Origin: Macrostomum lignano
Lineage: Eukaryota
Direction of reading: 5' to 3'
Length of the DNA stretch: 64,000 nucleotides
Assembly: GCA_002269645.1 (NCBI GenBank)
Contig: NIVC01001159.1
Span: 460,931 to 524,930, forward strand
Shown here piece by piece: positions 58,946-64,000 of the stretch (position 1 is the first letter of the stretch; each line of letters begins with the position of its first letter). A program made the translations under genes and the position numbers. Under the pieces are notes generated by a model that had not been told where the DNA came from, ran no database searches, and was given only the letters and a program-made list of their open reading frames with translations.

Positions 58946-59014
58946 AATTCCTATTCGATGCTGCTAATAGGCTGTCACTGACCAACTGCAGCTTGAGCTT
59001 AGGTTGCTTGAGCT

Positions 59015-59236
<222 letters not shown>

Positions 59237-60204
59237 ACTGCCCCCAGCCAAGTCACATGCAGGGCTGCAATAATTACCAAGAAAGAGAATGCGCTCCTCC
59301 ATTCTACATAGGTAGAGATTGCAGTCTGGGCCCAGAGCTTTAACTGCAAATAAGTACTTTTTGTAAAAGTCGACTTTATTATTCAGTGTCGCAATTGAAT
59401 TTTGTAAACTTTCGAGACTGAAATTAGGTGGTAACTTTTATGACTAACCTTTCTTCGCTTTGAGAAGTTAATTTGGCCAAAGTGTTTGTTTTAACCTTTA
59501 CGGCTTGAACTTTTGCTACTAAAACCGACTGGCAGTAAAACAGATTTTACGGCTCAAAACCAGCAGCAATTTCGCTGTGTGGTTTAAACAAAATTTGCTC
59601 CGAATGAAAACATATTCGCGATTGGGCAAAATGGTTCTGGAGTCGAAAGGTAAACTTGCTCAAGTTAATTCCTAGTAGAAAAAGTACAAAAGTGGCTCGG
59701 GCTGCAACTTGCTGAGTTTTTTTCATCATGATCGTTGAGAAATATCTTGCCCAAGATTATTCGCATGAGCGATTAACTTCCTTCTGGTAGCGAGATTAAG
59801 TGTGAAATTCCTTTTTGCTTTTTCTTGACTTAGGAAAGGAATTGCGCAGATCGGCTTCTTTAATTGTTTACCTATTCCAGGAAATATCGGACTGTTGGCT
59901 GAGTGAAAATGAGGAACTTCATTAAATCGAATACCCGATCTACGCTCGTACGTTCAAGTACACTATGAACGCGTGTCTCTTAGTCTTCAATGTATATTAT
60001 AATAGATAGAAGTGTACGGTATAAAGATAATTATACAGACTCAGATGACGCTGTAGATGTTATTCCAAGTTTCAGGGAATAGTGAGTATGCAAAACTATA
60101 TAACGCTCAATCTAGGAGAAGAGGGTGAATGTCGTCTATGGGAATTTTGTAGAGAACGTGACTTCAAATTTGTTTAAGTAAAGGAAATTCGTCAGCCTCC
60201 AGCA

Positions 60205-60628
60205 TGCAGGTCATGTGTGTACACGAATCTGACCTCTTGTGCCACGTCACTATTCCGATCTCTATGAAGTCGTCGTGAATCCTTCAATGTAATGCACAAA
60301 GTCCCGTCAATCCGCTGACTCATTGTCTGCGTTGTCATATTCAGGAAAATCTGCAGGAAAATCTGCAACAAGCTTTCTTTGAGGGTCAGAGTCGCCTTCT
60401 CTTCCACAGACCTCGTCAGCGCACCGAGCATCTCATCAAAACTTTGGTCTCACTGCACCTCCACGCGCATTAAGATCAATCAAAGCCTCCAACACATCTC
60501 CTGATGATGTAATTGGCAGTTGTCTTCTTGGTGTCAAGTTCAATTGCGAGTTGTCTCCAGTCTCGTCCTTGTTTAAAACGTCGCACGAGTCTATAGCGAT
60601 CCACAGACAAAATTATCGTATAGGGCAT
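60205..60628 (-). pseudogene. Frameshifted N-terminal relic of an IS630/Tc1-like transposase (HTH region)
   Basis: Three frames read MPYTIILSVDRYRLVRRFKQGRDWRQLAIELDTKKTTANYIIRR / NARGGAVRPKF / DEMLGAL...QTMSQRIDGTLCITLK...DRNSD, the pattern of Tc1-like DDE_3 transposase N-termini. No DDE region is visible. Confidence 0.65.
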
Positions 60629-60923
60629 ATCTGACAACAAGCAAGGCATAATGATTTCAAGAAATTGGTCTAGTTTTCAATAGACGAGATTCACCCACTG
60701 TCTTACCTAAATTTACCATAGACACCTTATTTTCTTACCTTCACAGATAGTGAAACAATTAGTTGAATAAATATAGTTGTTCTACTCGTAGTATCTGTGC
60801 TTACCATAGACAAAGCAAATACGTTTTCTGATCAGGATGTATCTGCACTGGCGGATTTCATTTACTCAGACAAATTCAAAGTTAAAATGATATAACATGC
60901 ATTCTCCGAAAGCAAAACACCAG

Positions 60924-62159
60924 GGGGGTGTTTCATAGACCGCTTGTCAGAGTTACAAGTGCGACAAGTGAGCAGTGAGTAGCGATTTCCGTTTCATAGA
61001 ATTACAAGTGACAAGTGACAAGTGACAAGTTCTGACAAGTGACAAGTGACAAGTTCTGACAAGTGACAAGTGACAAGTTCTGACAAGTGACAAGTGAGTA
61101 GTGACAAGTGCTAGTTACAAGCGGTTTGTTTCTTGAAGACTGAGCAGCGTTTGATTTTCGACAAGCTTGAGTAGTCCCGCGAGATTTGACAAACTTGTAA
61201 CTATCAGAGTTCGCTTCGCGTGGCAACATGTTCGATTCTGTTTCGGACTCTTTGGACGAAGCTATTGGCCACGTTGCATTGGCAAAGAGACCAGAATTTT
61301 TAAACACGAATAAACTTTCAATTTGAGGATCGCGCCGATCATCACCAGTCACGATTTCGACTGACTGAGGAGGACGTGGTACTTTGATAGGACATCGCCT
61401 GCAGCACCCACTCGAACGAATGTAGCTCTGGAGCCGTCACAGCAAGTGCGAATCGCCTTGCGCTACCTAGCGACCGGTGCGAATTATAGCACAATTGCCG
61501 ATGCTCATGGTGTATCGAAACGACAGTGAGCAGAGCTACATGTACATGTATGCATCGAGTAGTGAGTGTGGTGAACGATCTGCTGCTGCCAGAGCTGGTG
61601 AAGTGGCCGGAGGGCGCCAACGCGAATCGACAGTCTGCTGAAGAGTTCCGAGACATTGCTGGCCTGCCATGTGTGCTTGGCTGCATCGACGGCATCCATG
61701 TACGAATAATGAAACCAAGTGTCAATCCGGAGCAGTATGTGAATCGCCACGGTAATGCTTCCGTGAATGTGATGCTAGTGTGTGACCCCAATCATCGATT
61801 CTTACGTGTCCGCAAGGTGGCCTGGGGCAGTGAATGACGCCAGGGTTTTTCTGAGAAGCACACTGCAAGAACTGCTGGGTGCTGGATGGCGACCTCACCC
61901 AAATGGCTATCTCCTTGGTGACAGCGCCTATCCGAACAGAGACTATTTGTTGACACCCCTGCCAGTGGCAACACACATCAGGAGGCGGCGTACAACCGTG
62001 ATGTTTGGCCCATAGATATTTAGTTCACTACTCAGTCAGCTTGTAACTTGTCACTAGATTAACAAATCAGTCCATGAAACAAAAATCTGTAGCACTTGTA
62101 ATTTTTTAATGTCACTTGTCACTATTCACTTGTAGCTTGTCAAATCTATGAAACACCCT
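60924..62159 (+). mobile_element. Decayed PIF/Harbinger DNA transposon with TIRs and a broken HARBI1-like transposase (about 61330-61990)
   Basis: TIR GGGTGTTTCATAGA / TCTATGAAACACCC, possible CAG TSD, subterminal TGACAAG repeats. Fragments IALRYLATG, GCIDGIH, YVNRHG...VNVMLVCD, ARWPGAVND and LLGDSAY are interrupted by frameshifts. Confidence 0.88.
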
Positions 62160-64000
62160 CAGATCTTCTGGAAGTGAAAGCTTCCAGACAAGTGATCCAG
62201 GCTAAGTGAGATACATAATTTGATTTTTCCAACTCCCACAGAAATTATCCCGTGTAACAATTTCGCTGCTCATTGGTATCGTGCCGCGCAAAAGTACAAC
62301 CCACAATAAAATGGCGCGCAAATATAGAAGGCGCGCCCGTCCAGAATCTGGGGTTCCGCGCCTACATATGGGTACTTTTATTGCAGACTGGCGGCAAAAG
62401 TTGAATTGTCGTGGGAATGGAAGGCTGACCTTGCGTGTTCCAGACAGAGATCAACTACCTTCTCGTGGAAGAGGAGTCTGGACTCGGAAGAGAAGTTGCA
62501 GACGTCGCAGTACTGAAGTCTGGCCCAGAACTGGCCGGATGAGTTCGGAGTGATACGGTTCAACAGTGCAGACTTGTCTCATTCACGCTACTTCGCAGAA
62601 AGTCACAGACCACAGGCCGCAACTTTGTTCCCTCATTTAGCTTTGACATTTTGTGTTCGAATTTAGAATTGTTCACTTGCTTCGAAAATCATCATTGAAA
62701 TTTTGCTATTGCTTTATTATTATTGTGTTTAACTTGTGTGTAAGTCAGGAAGTGTACTATAGCTCACGCAAGATATTAAGTCCGGTACTCCTTGCCAAAT
62801 TTAAATGTGGCGCTCCAGAGGTCTGTTCTAATCCAGGGTTCTGCAGTTGTGCAGCAACACTTTGTCTTGTCTCGACAACAGCCTGAAACAACACGGAGCT
62901 TTGGCGGTCAAGGCAAGGTTTGGGACGGAACGGAACGGAGCAGTGTAGCGGTTAACTCACATTACTCGCGTGCGACGACACCTGGTTCAATTTCATGCGA
63001 TTCACCAGAAAATTCTCATCTCATTCTCGTCTGAAGGATGACATTGAGGCTGCAATTTTGTCGAGATGGGAGGGAGCTTTCATGGCCTTTGGTAGCTTTT
63101 TATCTCAGCAATTAATTCTCGATCACCCACTTCGTGCCTTGAGGGGACCTTCGTTCCTAAACGCCTACGATTCTAGGCCCTGACTTTCTAATCGTCCAGG
63201 CATGTACGCTCTCCGTGCCTTGGAGATTGGCCCTCATAGGTGTGAATCGCTCGACCACGACACAAGCAGGCATCTCTGAGAACTGCTACATGTACATGAT
63301 CGTGTCCAAAAGGGCACTAAAAAGCTTGGTATACTCGTATGATGTTGAACGATCGGCCTCAACGTTTTTAGGTGTTGTCCGGGAGCAACTGCTAAACTTT
63401 TTGAAGTATTATGCATAGAAAACTTTACTGTAAGACGCCTCAAAACAGTCAGTATCAGTATGATAAAAGAGAATGTGAACTTAAGAGTCCAAATGGAGCC
63501 CGAAATATCCGGTCCTGATTTCTCTACGCCAGTCCCTTCATTTGGAGCTTCAACTGCTTGAATGACGAGATGACCATGATAAACGCTCTTTTATGTTTGT
63601 ATGAAGACAAGGAGCGATAGTAATGTATGTTATGCCTCCATTATGTTATCTCTTAATAATGTTTGTTATCCCCGCCCCACCCCAGCTCATTCAGCGTTTT
63701 GTGAACGAGTGCTTCATTCTGCCTATCCACTCGTTGTACATCGTTGTACATCGTTGGTGCTTATTACCTTATCACGTGATTAATCTACTTTCTTGACGAA
63801 AAAATACACTGAAAAAATTTCTCAAGACATATTGAGGCTTTATTTGCGTAAAACCACAGCTTGGAACGTTCACCATTCTTCAGTAACTCCTAAAACGTAC
63901 ATGCCTGAATCATTCTCATGCAACTAACGTCAAGTTTTTAGTACAATGTTTCATTAATGGCTATATACTAGAGGGTCCTGAGAAAAAAACACAATGAAAA

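Noticed and set aside
62800-63450. Weak hAT-transposase-like words (SRWE, YDVERSAS)
   Set aside because: Too short and degenerate to call without an HMM search; no TIRs found.

Overview
Eukaryotic (metazoan) genomic DNA with GC-rich exons separated by introns and spacers packed with locus-specific minisatellites. The style most resembles a free-living flatworm such as Macrostomum; this is inference, not a database result. Six intron-containing or ATG-less protein-coding genes can be rebuilt by hand with consistent splice phases. Plus strand: TRMT10C/MRPP1-like (392-2509), TMEM242 (7151-7564), an SDR16C retinol-dehydrogenase-like gene (8727-11857) and an IQSEC/BRAG ARF-GEF (17962-24432). Minus strand: a GPI-anchored 3xIg+FN3 adhesion protein (52527-30625) and a CYP7-clan P450 (56418-54573). 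Also present are hAT-type MITEs with 8-bp TSDs, a deleted Tc1/mariner element with a nested MITE, a foldback MITE, two tRNA-derived SINE copies, an IS630/Tc1 relic, a decayed PIF/Harbinger element and about 35 tandem arrays. Most ORFs in the supplied track are repeat artefacts. The top observation is the first three co-oriented genes, which look like a trans-spliced operon. Two of them, both encoding mitochondrial-type proteins, have no usable genomic ATG but open in phase 0 right after an AG acceptor, as expected if the 3'-terminal AUG of the flatworm spliced leader supplies the start codon. The TRMT10C-like protein also carries a natural Asp-to-Asn change at the methyltransferase catalytic position.
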